From positions 8,433-72,432 of the forward strand of contig JAKSTT010000001.1 of NCBI GenBank assembly GCA_024413635.1: DNA of 64,000 nt, given 5' to 3'. Below the pieces are notes generated by a model. That model ran no database searches. It was not told the origin of the DNA and saw only the letters and a list, made by a program, of their open reading frames with translations. The stretch's first letter is position 1. Every line of letters starts with the position of its first letter. Source of the DNA: Treponemataceae bacterium (lineage in GTDB: Bacteria; Spirochaetota; Spirochaetia; Treponematales; Treponemataceae). This document shows positions 9,604 through 19,787 of the stretch, piece by piece. A program made the translations under genes and the position numbers.

Positions 9604-10719
9604 TCACAGCTCTTTCAGGTAGCTGCGGCGGCGTTTGTGGGGAACCTGATTAAAGCGCTTCCAGGCGTTCTGGATAAAGTAGTTACTCTCCAGCATCAGG
9701 TTTGTTTCTGCCCACTGAATATTGTTTTCCTTCATCATTTTGTTGAATTCTGACAGCAGGATAATGCTGATACCCTGGTTTACCTTTACCGGATCAACCC
9801 CGATAATGGCCAGATCCAGCACTTTCGGGTGATTGATGGCCCACAGCAGCTTGATGAGCCGCCAGGGAGTCAACTTACCGTTGGTACCGGCCAGAGGACC
9901 TGCCAGTGACGGGAAACAGAGCCCGATGCCGACAATGTCATCAGATTCATCAAGAATAACACCTACATACTGCAGTTTGATGATCAGCCGGAAATTGGCA
10001 ATCATGACTTTTTTCATGCCTTCGGTAAAAGGCACGGTCTGATAGAGGACACCGTAGGTTTTGTCATACATCTCAAAGAATTTGTCGGCATACCGCTTCA
10101 GAAAGTCATTGGTGTTCTTTGCCGGCCCCATCCGCAGGTGGTACCGGTTCATAATCTTTCCGGCCATATCTTCCATATGGCTTGAATCTGCACTGGGGGT
10201 CAGTTTTCCCTCCGTCCAGTCAACTTCTTTCTGGTAGCCCCGGTGTTCAATCAGTTTCTGATAGTAATCTGCATTGTACTGTTCTTCAAAGGTGGCAACC
10301 TGGTCAAAGCCTTCAATCAGCAGACCTTCCCGCTCCATATCAGAGTATCCCAGGGGTCCGCAGATATGGGTCATGCCTTTACTGCGTCCCCAGTTTTCTA
10401 CTGCATCGAACAATGCATCAGCTACTTCCTGACTGTTGATGGCATCAAAACGGGTAAAGCGGATCCGTTTTTCATTGCGCAGTTCGTTGGAAGTCCGCTG
10501 CAGGATTCCCTGGATACGGCCCACCATTTTCCCGTTATCATAGGCATTGAAAAAGACATGCTCACACATGTCGTTATATACATAGTCTTTACGGAACATA
10601 CTCAGTTCATCGCCGTACAGCGGTGGCACAAAGCATTTGTTGCCTTTATACAGCTTGCAGGGGAATTCAATGAACTGTTTGATTTCTTTTCTGTTGTGTA
10701 CTTCTCTGATTTCTATCAT
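9604..10719 (-). CDS. Putative GNAT-type N-acetyltransferase (uncharacterised family)
   Basis: 371 aa. N-terminus MIEIREVHNRKEIKQFIEFPCKLYKGNKCFVPPL resembles a widespread family annotated as N-acetyltransferase. Recognition by eye only. Confidence 0.45.
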   Translation of the reverse strand: MIEIREVHNRKEIKQFIEFPCKLYKGNKCFVPPLYGDELSMFRKDYVYNDMCEHVFFNAYDNGKMVGRIQGILQRTSNELRNEKRIRFTRFDAINSQEVADALFDAVENWGRSKGMTHICGPLGYSDMEREGLLIEGFDQVATFEEQYNADYYQKLIEHRGYQKEVDWTEGKLTPSADSSHMEDMAGKIMNRYHLRMGPAKNTNDFLKRYADKFFEMYDKTYGVLYQTVPFTEGMKKVMIANFRLIIKLQYVGVILDESDDIVGIGLCFPSLAGPLAGTNGKLTPWRLIKLLWAINHPKVLDLAIIGVDPVKVNQGISIILLSEFNKMMKENNIQWAETNLMLESNYFIQNAWKRFNQVPHKRRRSYLKEL

Positions 10720-10748
10720 GGTAATAAACCTGTTCTTAACTTAAGCTA

Positions 10749-10777
10749 ATTCTAAGGTGCGAAGGGGTATTTGTCAA
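10749..10777 (-). promoter_or_regulatory. sigma70-type promoter for the GNAT-like gene
   Basis: Minus strand reads TTGACA-N17-TAGAAT, about 30 nt upstream of ATG 10719. Confidence 0.55.
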
Positions 10778-10800
10778 AAAGCAGTTTCACCAAAAGAAAC

Positions 10801-11832
10801 TCAGTACAAGTCACCGGCTCCGTCGGTCTTTACGATTTTCCAGCAGCGGTGCGGTTTGCCGCCGGCAAAGTCTTCCGGTATGGTCTGCGCCGTAATATCT
10901 GAAATTTCGGCTCCCCGCAAAGCAGAAAGTTCCTGTTCTTCAAACTTCAGCCGCTGGCTGTTGGTAGAAAAATACAGGATACCGTTCAGGTTCAGCCGCT
11001 GGTAGCACAGCTGCACCAGAAGCGGCCAGTCCCGGTTAATGTCCAGCAGGGTATCGGTTTTCTTGCTGTTACTGAATGTCGGCGGATCCAGCACAATGAT
11101 GTCGTACTGGTCTGAAGCAGATTTCAGCCAGGTTACCACATCGTTTTCAAAAAAACGGTAGGTATCATTTTCTTTAAAACCGTTTAACGCCATGTTTTTC
11201 CGTGCCCAGTTCAGGTAGGTTTTGCTCAGGTCTACGGAATCAACGCCACTGGCACGGCCATGGGCTGCATATACGCTGAATGCCCCCGTGTAGCAGAACA
11301 GGTTCAGTACCCGTTTGCCCTTACAGGTATCACGGACCGTATGGCGTAATGCCCGGTGGTCAAAAAAGAGGCCGGTATCCAGATAGTCAGTCAGGTTTAC
11401 CCAGAAACGTTCATTATGCTCTTTTGCGATGAATTCAATGCGGCCGGAGCGGCTTTCATTCAGTTTTTCGTACTGGTTTTCGCCCTTCTGGTGTTTCCGG
11501 TGCTTTGTTACGACCTGCTGAACCGGAATCCCGATGGCATTGGCGGCACTTTCTGCCATGGCAGTAAGCCACGCTTCTTCTTCAGCTTCATCCTTTTCAT
11601 AGGGACGGTCGTACAGATACAGCTGCAGATACCGTTCACCGGCAATGGTCGGGTCATCGCTTTCTGTTTCGTATATATCAAGGGCTACGGGAATTTCAGG
11701 AATATCCCGGTCATAGATGCGGAAACAGTATACACCGGTCCGTTTTGCCCATTTTTTCAGGTGCTTATAGCGTTTGGTCAGGCGGTTACCGAACAGTTCA
11801 GCCTGATATGCGGTTTTTTCTGCAGTTGTCAT
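10801..11832 (-). CDS. Class I SAM-dependent rRNA methyltransferase (RlmK/RlmI-like)
   Basis: FWVNLTDYLDTGLFFDHR, SAM-binding LNLFCYTGAFSVYAA, and catalytic-loop DIIVLDPPTFSNSKK. Confidence 0.7.
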   Translation of the reverse strand: MTTAEKTAYQAELFGNRLTKRYKHLKKWAKRTGVYCFRIYDRDIPEIPVALDIYETESDDPTIAGERYLQLYLYDRPYEKDEAEEEAWLTAMAESAANAIGIPVQQVVTKHRKHQKGENQYEKLNESRSGRIEFIAKEHNERFWVNLTDYLDTGLFFDHRALRHTVRDTCKGKRVLNLFCYTGAFSVYAAHGRASGVDSVDLSKTYLNWARKNMALNGFKENDTYRFFENDVVTWLKSASDQYDIIVLDPPTFSNSKKTDTLLDINRDWPLLVQLCYQRLNLNGILYFSTNSQRLKFEEQELSALRGAEISDITAQTIPEDFAGGKPHRCWKIVKTDGAGDLY

Positions 11833-11902
11833 GCCGCTATAGTAAAAAAAAACAGCGTGAGCTACAAGTCACGCTGTCATTTCCATGCGAGATATGGTTG
11901 TA

Positions 11903-12562
11903 TCAGTCAAGATTGGTCATGGTTCTGCTGGGGCTTGTTTCTCCCATCATGACGCAGAGCATGGCGTATCCTGAAGTAAGGTCTTCACGCTGGTATACAA
12001 TACCTTCCGGTACGGTTACTTTTGCATTGCTGAAGTTCCAGATGGCTTTTACACCGGCTGCCGCTACATTATCAATGGCTTCCTGTGCGTGGGCTGGGGG
12101 AACGGTAATAATGGCGATGCTAGCCCCAAGGTTTTTAACCTGTTCCTTGATGGTATCCATGCTGAAAACAGGAACTCCGTGAATCTGCTTGCCGACTTTT
12201 TCCCTGGCAGTATCAAAGGCGCCTACAAAGTTCAGCCCGTGGTACTGGAATTCCTGGTACCCGGTAAGGGCAGTTGCCAGGTTACCGGCTCCTACGATGA
12301 TGGCATTCTTTGTGTTGTCCCAGTCCAGAAAGTGCTCGATGGCAGCAATCAGGGGAACAACGGGATACCCGCGCTTTGGTTTACCGACAATACCGGTAAT
12401 GGCCAGGTCTTTGCGTACCTGAATCGGTTCCAGATGCAGTGCATTTGCGATCAGTGTTCCGGATATAAAATCGTATCCTTCGTCCTTTGCCTGACGGATT
12501 AAATGAAGGTACGAGGGCAGTCGTTTGATGGAAGGTGCTGCAGGTATCTTTTGTTTACTCAT
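11903..12562 (-). CDS. rex: Redox-sensing transcriptional repressor Rex
   Basis: IKRLPSYLHLIRQ...ISGTLIANALHLEPIQVRKDLA HTH region followed by Rossmann IIVGAGNLATAL. Start trimmed to ATG 12562 (MSKQKIP). Confidence 0.85.
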   Translation of the reverse strand: MSKQKIPAAPSIKRLPSYLHLIRQAKDEGYDFISGTLIANALHLEPIQVRKDLAITGIVGKPKRGYPVVPLIAAIEHFLDWDNTKNAIIVGAGNLATALTGYQEFQYHGLNFVGAFDTAREKVGKQIHGVPVFSMDTIKEQVKNLGASIAIITVPPAHAQEAIDNVAAAGVKAIWNFSNAKVTVPEGIVYQREDLTSGYAMLCVMMGETSPSRTMTNLD

Positions 12563-12730
12563 AATTTCTATGTTACTATAAAAAAAGCACGATATCAATA
12601 ATTAAAAAATATTTTTTTTATAGATATATTTTTAAAGATTTCCTGGTCCTGCAGTGACAGTCCAGCTTCTTTATCTAGAATAAAGTCTGTATTTATGGCA
12701 TACTGATGGCAATATATCGTGGAGGATATT

Positions 12731-15700
12731 GTGTATAAATCAGTTGATCCAAAAGTTAGCTTTCCCAAGCAGGAAGAAGAAGTCCTTGCGTTCTGGGAAA
12801 AAAATGATGTTTTCAAAAAATCAGTAAGTCAGCGCGAAGGTGCTGAAGAATACGTTTTCTATGATGGCCCTCCTTTTGCCACCGGCCTGCCACACTTCGG
12901 CCACTTCCTTCCCAGTACCATTAAAGATATTATTCCCCGCTACCAGACCATGAAAGGTAAAAAGGTAGAACGCCGTTTCGGCTGGGACTGTCACGGTCTG
13001 CCCGTTGAAAACCTGATTGAAAAAGAACTGGGGCTCAACTCAAAAACCGATATTGAAAACCTGGGTATTGATAAATTCAACGAAGCCTGCCGTGCTTCCG
13101 TTCTCCGCTATACCAACGAATGGCGTCAGACCATTAACCGTCTGGGCCGCTGGGTAGACTTTGACAACGACTACAAAACCATGAACCCGGATTACATGGA
13201 ATCAATCTGGTGGGTTTTCAAATCTCTGTGGGATAAAGGTCTGGTGTACGAAGGCCACTACATCCTGCCAACCTGTCCCCGCTGTGCAACTCCACTGTCT
13301 AACCACGAGCTGGCTCAGGGTGGTTACAAAGACGTTCACGACCCTGCCATTACCATCCGCTTCAAGGTACGTGAAGGCGGCCCGAAAGCCAACGACCCTG
13401 ACATGGGCAACGGCTGCACCTACTTCCTGGCATGGACTACTACTCCATGGACTCTGCCTTCAAACCTGGGTCTGACCATGGGGCCGGACATTGAGTACGT
13501 AAAGGTAAAGGACGGCGAAGAATACTACATTCTGGCAGAAAGCCGCCTGCATGCTTACTACAAGGATCCTTCAGCATGTGAAATCGTATGGAAAAAGAAG
13601 GGTAGCGAACTGATTGACAGCCGCTATGAACCACTGTTCAACTACTTTGATTACCTGTACGAACCAAAAGCCGAAGATGCAGATGGTCCTGCCCACAACG
13701 GTGCGTTCCGTGTATTCAATGCAGATTTCGTTTCTACCGAAGACGGTACCGGTATCGTTCATACCGCTCCCGGTTTTGGTGAAGATGATAATATCGTATT
13801 CCGCGGTACTGGTATTCCTACCATCTGTCCGGTAGACAATGAATGTAAATTCACCTCAGAAGTTCCTGATTACAAAGGCCGCTTTGTAAAAGACTGCGAT
13901 AAAGACGTTATGGACCGCTTAAAGGCAGAAGGAAAACTGGTTAAACGCGACCAGATTCTCCACGCATATCCTTTCTGCTGGCGCTGTTCATCTCCACTGA
14001 TTTACCGCGGTGTAGGAAGCTGGTTTGTACGCGTAGAAAAAATCCGCGACAAGATGGTAGCCAATAACCAGAAAATCTACTGGCAGCCAGACCACATCAA
14101 AAACGGCCGTTTCGGTAAATGGCTGGAAGGTGCACGTGACTGGGCAATCAGCCGTAACCGCTACTGGGGTAACCCGATCCCAGTATGGAAGTGTCCTGAC
14201 TGTGGTGAAACCATCTGTGTAGGAAGCCGCCAGGAACTGAAAGACCTGTCTGGTACCTATCCTGAAGACCTGCACAAACACTTTGTTGATAAGATTACCA
14301 TTCCCTGTAAATGTGGTGGAACCATGAGCCGCATTCCTGAAGTTCTGGACTGCTGGTTCGAATCCGGTTCAATGCCGTATGCACAGAACCACTATCCATT
14401 TGAGAACAAGGAATATTTTGAATCCCACTTCCCGGCCAACTTCATTTCTGAAGGTCTGGACCAGACCCGTGGATGGTTCTACACCCTTACCGTACTGGCA
14501 AGCGCACTCTTTGACCGCCCTGCATTTGAAAACTGTGTAGTAAACGGTCTGGTACTGGCTGCTGACGGAAAGAAAATGTCAAAGAGCCTCCGCAACTACA
14601 CTGACCCGAACGAAGTCATCAAGCAGTTTGGTGCTGACGCCATGCGTCTGTTTCTGATGCACAGTGCAGCCGTAAAAGCTGATGACCTGAAGTTCTCTGA
14701 TGAAGGTGTACGTGATGTTCTCAAAGGCATCCTCATTCCTCTGTGGAACAGTTACAGCTTCTTTGTTACCTATGCCAACATTGACGGTGTAACCCCAACC
14801 GGTCATGCCTTTGACAATGCTTCACCGGTAAATCCTCTGGACCGCTGGCTTCTGTCCATTACCCAGAAAATGGTAAAAGACGTTACCGAAGCCATGGACG
14901 CTTACGACCTGAGCCGTGCCATTGACCCGCTGGTAAGCTACATTGACCAGCTGAACAACTGGTACATCCGCCGCAGCCGCCGCCGGTTCTGGAAGTCAGA
15001 AAATGACAACGATAAGAACGAAGCCTACGAAGCTCTGTACATCGCCCTTAAAACCTTCAGCCAGGTTGCCGCTCCGGTAATTCCATTCATTACTGAAGCC
15101 ATGTGGCAGAACCTGCGTACTGACAGTGACCAGATTTCCGTACACCTGTCAGACTACCCGGTATACGATGAGTCTAAACGTGACCTGGATCTTGAATTCA
15201 AGATGGACACCGTTCAGAAAGCCATTTCCATGGGACGCAGCCTGAGAAGCCAGTACAACCTGAAAAACCGTCAGCCGCTGAAATCTGCAGAGTTCGTAAC
15301 CCGTAACCCTGAAGAAAAAGCCGTTCTCCTTGAAATGGAAGACTCTATCCGTGAAGAGCTGAACGTAAAGAAAGTAGTATTCCACGAACGTGAAGATGAA
15401 CTGGTAGAATTCTCAGCAAAAGCCAACTTCCGCACCCTTGGTAAGGAACTGGGACCGCTGATGAAGGCTGCAGGCAGCATCATCCAGACTCTGGATCAGG
15501 CTGCCATCCAGTCAATTCTTGACGGCAGTGTTCTCAGCATCGATGTTGAAGGTAAAACCGTAGACCTGGATGCCACCAAGATCATTGTTGACCGCAAGGA
15601 AAAGGCTACCCTGAAAGTAGTAAACGACGGTACCCTTACTGTTGCTCTGGACTCTGAAATTACTGAGGAACTGCAGCTTGAAGGTTACGTACGTGACCTG

Positions 15701-15931
15701 ATCCGCAGCATCCAGAACCAGCGTAAGGAAAACGGTTACAATGTTACTGACCGCATTACCCTGGTTTGCAGTGGTACTGCAACGCTGAAAAAAGCATATG
15801 AAATGTTTGCTGATTACATTGCTCAGGAAACCCTGACCGTAAAAGCAGACTGGGCAGATGCAGCTCCTGCAGGAAGCATTACCGTAGAAGCCGGTGAAGA
15901 AACCTGGAGTGTTCTTGTTGCGCTCGCTTAA
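12731..15931 (+). CDS. ileS: Isoleucine--tRNA ligase, type 2 (eukaryote-like)
   Basis: FYDGPPFATGLPHFGH (HIGH region), KKMSKSLRN (KMSKS) and an editing domain. The ORF track starts at GTG 12719, but GTG 12731 sits 5 nt after GGAGGA. Confidence 0.95.
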   Translation: MYKSVDPKVSFPKQEEEVLAFWEKNDVFKKSVSQREGAEEYVFYDGPPFATGLPHFGHFLPSTIKDIIPRYQTMKGKKVERRFGWDCHGLPVENLIEKELGLNSKTDIENLGIDKFNEACRASVLRYTNEWRQTINRLGRWVDFDNDYKTMNPDYMESIWWVFKSLWDKGLVYEGHYILPTCPRCATPLSNHELAQGGYKDVHDPAITIRFKVREGGPKANDPDMGNGCTYFLAWTTTPWTLPSNLGLTMGPDIEYVKVKDGEEYYILAESRLHAYYKDPSACEIVWKKKGSELIDSRYEPLFNYFDYLYEPKAEDADGPAHNGAFRVFNADFVSTEDGTGIVHTAPGFGEDDNIVFRGTGIPTICPVDNECKFTSEVPDYKGRFVKDCDKDVMDRLKAEGKLVKRDQILHAYPFCWRCSSPLIYRGVGSWFVRVEKIRDKMVANNQKIYWQPDHIKNGRFGKWLEGARDWAISRNRYWGNPIPVWKCPDCGETICVGSRQELKDLSGTYPEDLHKHFVDKITIPCKCGGTMSRIPEVLDCWFESGSMPYAQNHYPFENKEYFESHFPANFISEGLDQTRGWFYTLTVLASALFDRPAFENCVVNGLVLAADGKKMSKSLRNYTDPNEVIKQFGADAMRLFLMHSAAVKADDLKFSDEGVRDVLKGILIPLWNSYSFFVTYANIDGVTPTGHAFDNASPVNPLDRWLLSITQKMVKDVTEAMDAYDLSRAIDPLVSYIDQLNNWYIRRSRRRFWKSENDNDKNEAYEALYIALKTFSQVAAPVIPFITEAMWQNLRTDSDQISVHLSDYPVYDESKRDLDLEFKMDTVQKAISMGRSLRSQYNLKNRQPLKSAEFVTRNPEEKAVLLEMEDSIREELNVKKVVFHEREDELVEFSAKANFRTLGKELGPLMKAAGSIIQTLDQAAIQSILDGSVLSIDVEGKTVDLDATKIIVDRKEKATLKVVNDGTLTVALDSEITEELQLEGYVRDLIRSIQNQRKENGYNVTDRITLVCSGTATLKKAYEMFADYIAQETLTVKADWADAAPAGSITVEAGEETWSVLVALA

Positions 15932-16790
15932 AAAACTGGTACTGGTTGCAGCAGCCTGTCTTATGCTGGCAGGCTGTGCCGGTATTCCAAAAGTACCCAT
16001 GACCCGTGACCCGGTACTTCTGCTTCCTGAGGGGGCAGAAGTATACGCTGCCTTGTATACCACCGATAACCGGCAGATTCTTGATACCATCATTGAATCC
16101 CGGTTTTCGGAAAAACAGGCTGCACAGGTCAAGAAAATGGTCGGCTATACCGATGTCGTGTACGCCGCCATTGATACTACCGACGGAAATCTGACCATTG
16201 TGGCACAGGGAGAATATCCCGTGTCCCTCATTTCCTTTGCCCTGAACGGAAAAAACGGATGGAGCAAGGCAAGCCGTCAGATTATGGGAACCCCATTCAG
16301 TCAGAAATACTACATACATGATTCAGGGATTCAGGTTGCGTTTCCCTCAAAAAATCTGTGTATCATGAGCCTGCGCTCAATTTCTGATGCCATCGGTACC
16401 CTGTATGCCCCTGATGAGGCTGTAGATTCACCGCTTCAGCAGGTATCTGCTTTTTATTCCCGCAGTTTTACTCATGAAAACTCACTGGCCCTGTACAGTG
16501 AATCCCCTGATAAACTTGTTGCCGCTCTTTTAGGTCCCCGCATTTCCTTTGGAATACAGTCCCTGGGCCTGAAACTTGCCCCCGCAGCAGAAAGCAATTC
16601 CTATACCGGTCTTATGGAACTTGCGCTGGTTGATAAACGGGCACGGACACCGGCATTGTTTGTCCTGAAGGCACTGACGCTTTTTTCGTCCGGCGATGAC
16701 GGCTATCAGGTTGAGTCTGTAGGAGAAGACGGTATCTGTCTGAAAAACATTACCATTTCACTGGACAGTATGGTAAAATTATTTCATTGA
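15894..16790 (+). CDS. Hypothetical lipoprotein
   Basis: Signal peptide with lipobox LMLAGC. The likely real start is TTG 15915/15918, after GGAG at 15906. The longest ORF overlaps the ileS stop. Confidence 0.6.
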   Translation: MKKPGVFLLRSLKKLVLVAAACLMLAGCAGIPKVPMTRDPVLLLPEGAEVYAALYTTDNRQILDTIIESRFSEKQAAQVKKMVGYTDVVYAAIDTTDGNLTIVAQGEYPVSLISFALNGKNGWSKASRQIMGTPFSQKYYIHDSGIQVAFPSKNLCIMSLRSISDAIGTLYAPDEAVDSPLQQVSAFYSRSFTHENSLALYSESPDKLVAALLGPRISFGIQSLGLKLAPAAESNSYTGLMELALVDKRARTPALFVLKALTLFSSGDDGYQVESVGEDGICLKNITISLDSMVKLFH

Positions 16791-16816
16791 TTTGAAGAAA
16801 CGAAACGGAGGATATA

Positions 16817-17884
16817 ATGAGTTCTAAAATTGTTTTGCGTGCAGAAGATCTTGACGGTTACCTGACCGACAAAGATAACGAATACCTTGCTCAGATGGAT
16901 GCCCTGTATGAAAAAGCCATGGCTTCCATGAAAGTTATTTCTGCCGGCGGATTCAGTTCCACACTGGCTGCTGAAGAAAAAAAGGTTATTGATGTTTTTA
17001 CTGAAATGGGACACCTGATGCAGGATATCTGTAAAGAAGTTCCCGGACTCAACGTCTTCAGTTTTGAAACCGATGCAGGCAGCCAGGCTGAAGCATCACG
17101 CGTTATTTCCAAACTCCGTGATATCCGCACCGGTCACGATGAATTTCTGTATTACAACCAGCGTGCCTATGAAATGCTGTTCCGTCTGGCATATACCCAG
17201 GGACCAAGCGAAAATAAAAACCATCTGGTAGTAAAAACTCCGGTAACATTCCCGGTTCAGAACTACGCCGTTCATAAAATTCCTGACATTGACTACAAAC
17301 TGGAAAATACCGTTATGTGTGTCATGCTCCGCGGTGCCCTGCTGCCATCAATGATCATGTCAAAAGAAATTGAAGAGTATTCTTCCCACGGATATGTAAC
17401 ACCATTTGCCCTGTTCAAGATCAAACGTGATGAAAGCAAAAAAGAAGACAACATGGAATATGTTCTTGACCTGGATAAATCATTCTTTAATCTGCAGGAA
17501 CTTGATGGCAAAGACCTGATTTTTGCTGATCCTATGAACGCCACCGGTGGTTCCCTGGTAACGGTTGTTAAATACCTGCAGAATAACGGTGTAAAACCAA
17601 AATCAATCAAGTTCTTCAACGTTATTTCTGCCCTGAAAGGCAGTCTGCGCGTTGTACGTGCCCTTGATAACTGTACCTGTTACACCCTGTGGATGGATCC
17701 GGTTCTCAATGCTTCTGCCTACATCATGCCAGGTCTTGGCGATGCCGGTGACCGCCTTAATGGCCGTGATACTGAAGAAGCTCCACGTAACATCATTCAG
17801 CTGATTGCTGATTATGGTTCAAATATTGCCGGCCTGTACCGCTCACAGCTCCGCAAAATCGAACAGACTGTTCTGGGTAAATAA
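16817..17884 (+). CDS. Uracil phosphoribosyltransferase-family protein with ~110-aa N-terminal extension
   Basis: PRPP loop [14 protein letters not shown] and UPRT C-terminal motif [15 protein letters not shown]. 355 aa, compared with ~210 aa for a typical Upp. Confidence 0.7.
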   Translation: MSSKIVLRAEDLDGYLTDKDNEYLAQMDALYEKAMASMKVISAGGFSSTLAAEEKKVIDVFTEMGHLMQDICKEVPGLNVFSFETDAGSQAEASRVISKLRDIRTGHDEFLYYNQRAYEMLFRLAYTQGPSENKNHLVVKTPVTFPVQNYAVHKIPDIDYKLENTVMCVMLRGALLPSMIMSKEIEEYSSHGYVTPFALFKIKRDESKKEDNMEYVLDLDKSFFNLQELDGKDLIFADPMNATGGSLVTVVKYLQNNGVKPKSIKFFNVISALKGSLRVVRALDNCTCYTLWMDPVLNASAYIMPGLGDAGDRLNGRDTEEAPRNIIQLIADYGSNIAGLYRSQLRKIEQTVLGK

Positions 17885-17893
17885 GGACTACTC

Positions 17894-18487
17894 ATGAAGG
17901 CTGGAAAAATCAGTTCATTACCATTGGTGCTGGTGTTTTTCAGCCTTTTCTGTACTGGCTGTGCATCACGTGCTGCCAGTTGGATTGTTCCCAATGAACA
18001 GAAAGTCGTCATACAGAATCTGGCCAGTGAATATGCTTCTCTGGCAGATTCGTATGTAGAACTGAAAAAATACAGTAAGGCCGTTGAGTTCTATCAGAAA
18101 TCCCTGGCCATTGATTCTACCAACAACCAGACCATCTATTCCCTGGCAAAGGCCTACACCCTCAATAAACAATGGAATGAAGCAGAAAACCTGTACCGGT
18201 TGCTGCTTACGGCTGACCCAGAAAATACCACCTTCCAGTTATACCTGGCATATATCTATGCGCAGAAAGATGAATTTCAGAAAGCACTGGAACTGTATGA
18301 ATCCTTATACGAAAAAAATCCTCTGAATACCAATGTGCTGACCAATTACGGCCTTATCCTGGTACATGAAGGTAACCTGCAGAAAGCAGAACAGCTCCTT
18401 TCGGAGCTGCTGGTACTGAATGAATCAGGTGAAGGAACAAAAAAACTTTCTGATGCTGTCAAAAAGGCTCAGAGTTCTGAATCCTGA
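17894..18487 (+). CDS. TPR-repeat lipoprotein
   Basis: Lipobox LFCTGC, followed by four or five 34-aa TPR-like units (YSKAVEFYQKSLAID, WNEAENLYRLLLTADP, FQKALELYESLYEKNP). Confidence 0.7.
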   Translation: MKAGKISSLPLVLVFFSLFCTGCASRAASWIVPNEQKVVIQNLASEYASLADSYVELKKYSKAVEFYQKSLAIDSTNNQTIYSLAKAYTLNKQWNEAENLYRLLLTADPENTTFQLYLAYIYAQKDEFQKALELYESLYEKNPLNTNVLTNYGLILVHEGNLQKAEQLLSELLVLNESGEGTKKLSDAVKKAQSSES

Positions 18488-19767
18488 AGCAGGGTTTGTA
18501 CATCCTGTACTTTTTTTGCTTCTTCTTCCAGATATTCCCGGTATTTTTCCTGATTTACCTGAAATGCAACGATAGGCATGTCTTCTTCTTCAAGGGCATG
18601 GGCAACGGCCTCTGCAGCTTCGGTAAGCAGACGGGTAGAAGAAATAAGGCGCATGGTACGGGTACTGATGCCGATGACGATTTTCGTGCTGATACCGCAC
18701 CTGTCCAGGGCTTCCTGCAGCAGACTGTACAGCTTTTCAGAGGCGTTCATGGCACCTTCAATACTGATGTTGGGAACAACACAAACATAGCCGTCTTTAC
18801 CGGTATTGAAAATCAGGTCACGGAACTGGAAAAACTGCAGTAACTGGTCAAAAACCGGTTTCAGCTGTGGATTTTCATGATGACATCCCAACAACCGGAT
18901 ATGGAATACTGCCAGATCTTCTTCAACGCTGGCAGCGCGGTTCAGTTCTGTTTCAAGACGCTGGTCCAGATAAGATTCCCAGCAGAAACCGGTAACCGGT
19001 GAAAAAAGTCCTACCGGGTCGATGGCTGCAGAAAGTACCGGTTCAGTTGCTTCCGGAACCGGTTCAACTGGAGTTTCCGGTATCTGTTCTTCAGCGGCAG
19101 GAGTTTCTGTAACCGGATCAACTTCAATGACATCAACAACTTCTTCTGCAGTATCGTGTTCTTCTACGGCTTCATACACAATCGGTTCTGCTGCCGTTTC
19201 TGTTTCTGTAACTTCTGCAGCAGCGGCAGTTCCTGCAGCAGGACGGTTTTTCCGTGTTGCAATAAGGTGAATAAGAACAACCACAGTGGTTATGATTACC
19301 AGAATAAATGACTTTACAGCCAGATCAAATACCGCTTCCTTGGTGATGGTGCTTACAGCTGCGGTAATGGTAACCGTACCGCTTGAACCTAAGGAAACGG
19401 TTTTCGTATGCATTTTGATGACGGGTGAAGAACTGGTGATGACCGGATTCTTGTTTTCATCCTGTTTGATAAGGCCATTGGTTGTCGGATATGCCAGAAA
19501 TGGTACGGAATCTTTTTTCAGGAGAATGGCCTGGATATACGGTGTCGTATCAGCCAGTTCCTTTAACGTTGCTACATATGAAGGTGAAAGTATGGTTTCT
19601 GTTTCATGCAGCTGTTCCACAGAAATAGTAAGGTGTTCAAAATAATCCTGGGATGTTTTTGCTCCCCGGTTGGATTCGATTACAAGACCGCCCAGAAAGA
19701 AAAAGACCGCTGTTACATACAGCAGAATGATGATTCCGGAAAAGAGTGAAAATTTTTTTGAACTCAC
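18469..19767 (-). CDS. Membrane protein with acidic/Pro-rich linker and degenerate GGDEF-like C-terminal domain
   Basis: GTG start after AAGGAG. Two TM helices. The C-terminal ~160 aa align by eye to a GGDEF fold, but the signature reads NTGKDGYVCVV. Confidence 0.5.
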   Translation of the reverse strand: MSSKKFSLFSGIIILLYVTAVFFFLGGLVIESNRGAKTSQDYFEHLTISVEQLHETETILSPSYVATLKELADTTPYIQAILLKKDSVPFLAYPTTNGLIKQDENKNPVITSSSPVIKMHTKTVSLGSSGTVTITAAVSTITKEAVFDLAVKSFILVIITTVVVLIHLIATRKNRPAAGTAAAAEVTETETAAEPIVYEAVEEHDTAEEVVDVIEVDPVTETPAAEEQIPETPVEPVPEATEPVLSAAIDPVGLFSPVTGFCWESYLDQRLETELNRAASVEEDLAVFHIRLLGCHHENPQLKPVFDQLLQFFQFRDLIFNTGKDGYVCVVPNISIEGAMNASEKLYSLLQEALDRCGISTKIVIGISTRTMRLISSTRLLTEAAEAVAHALEEEDMPIVAFQVNQEKYREYLEEEAKKVQDVQTLLQDSEL

Positions 19768-19787
19768 GGTTTACTCCTTAAAAGGAC

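Noticed and set aside
9463-9753. 96-aa + strand ORF starting right after yicC
   Set aside because: Its first 30 codons are the three intergenic hairpins, and the rest is antisense to the GNAT-like gene 3' end. No RBS is present.
12599-12730. Looked for a Rex operator (TTGTGAA-N4-TTCACAA type) and for a T-box or attenuator upstream of ileS in the AT-rich rex/ileS divergent region
   Set aside because: I saw only an AAAAAATATTTTTT palindrome and TGTTTAC/TGTTAC direct repeats. There is no Rex-box-like inverted repeat, no specifier/T-box sequence and no terminator hairpin. A claim is not supportable.
15512-16319. 206-aa and 146-aa minus-strand ORFs across the ileS 3' end and the lipoprotein gene
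   Set aside because: They are antisense to two coherent + strand genes. Their translations have no recognisable features.
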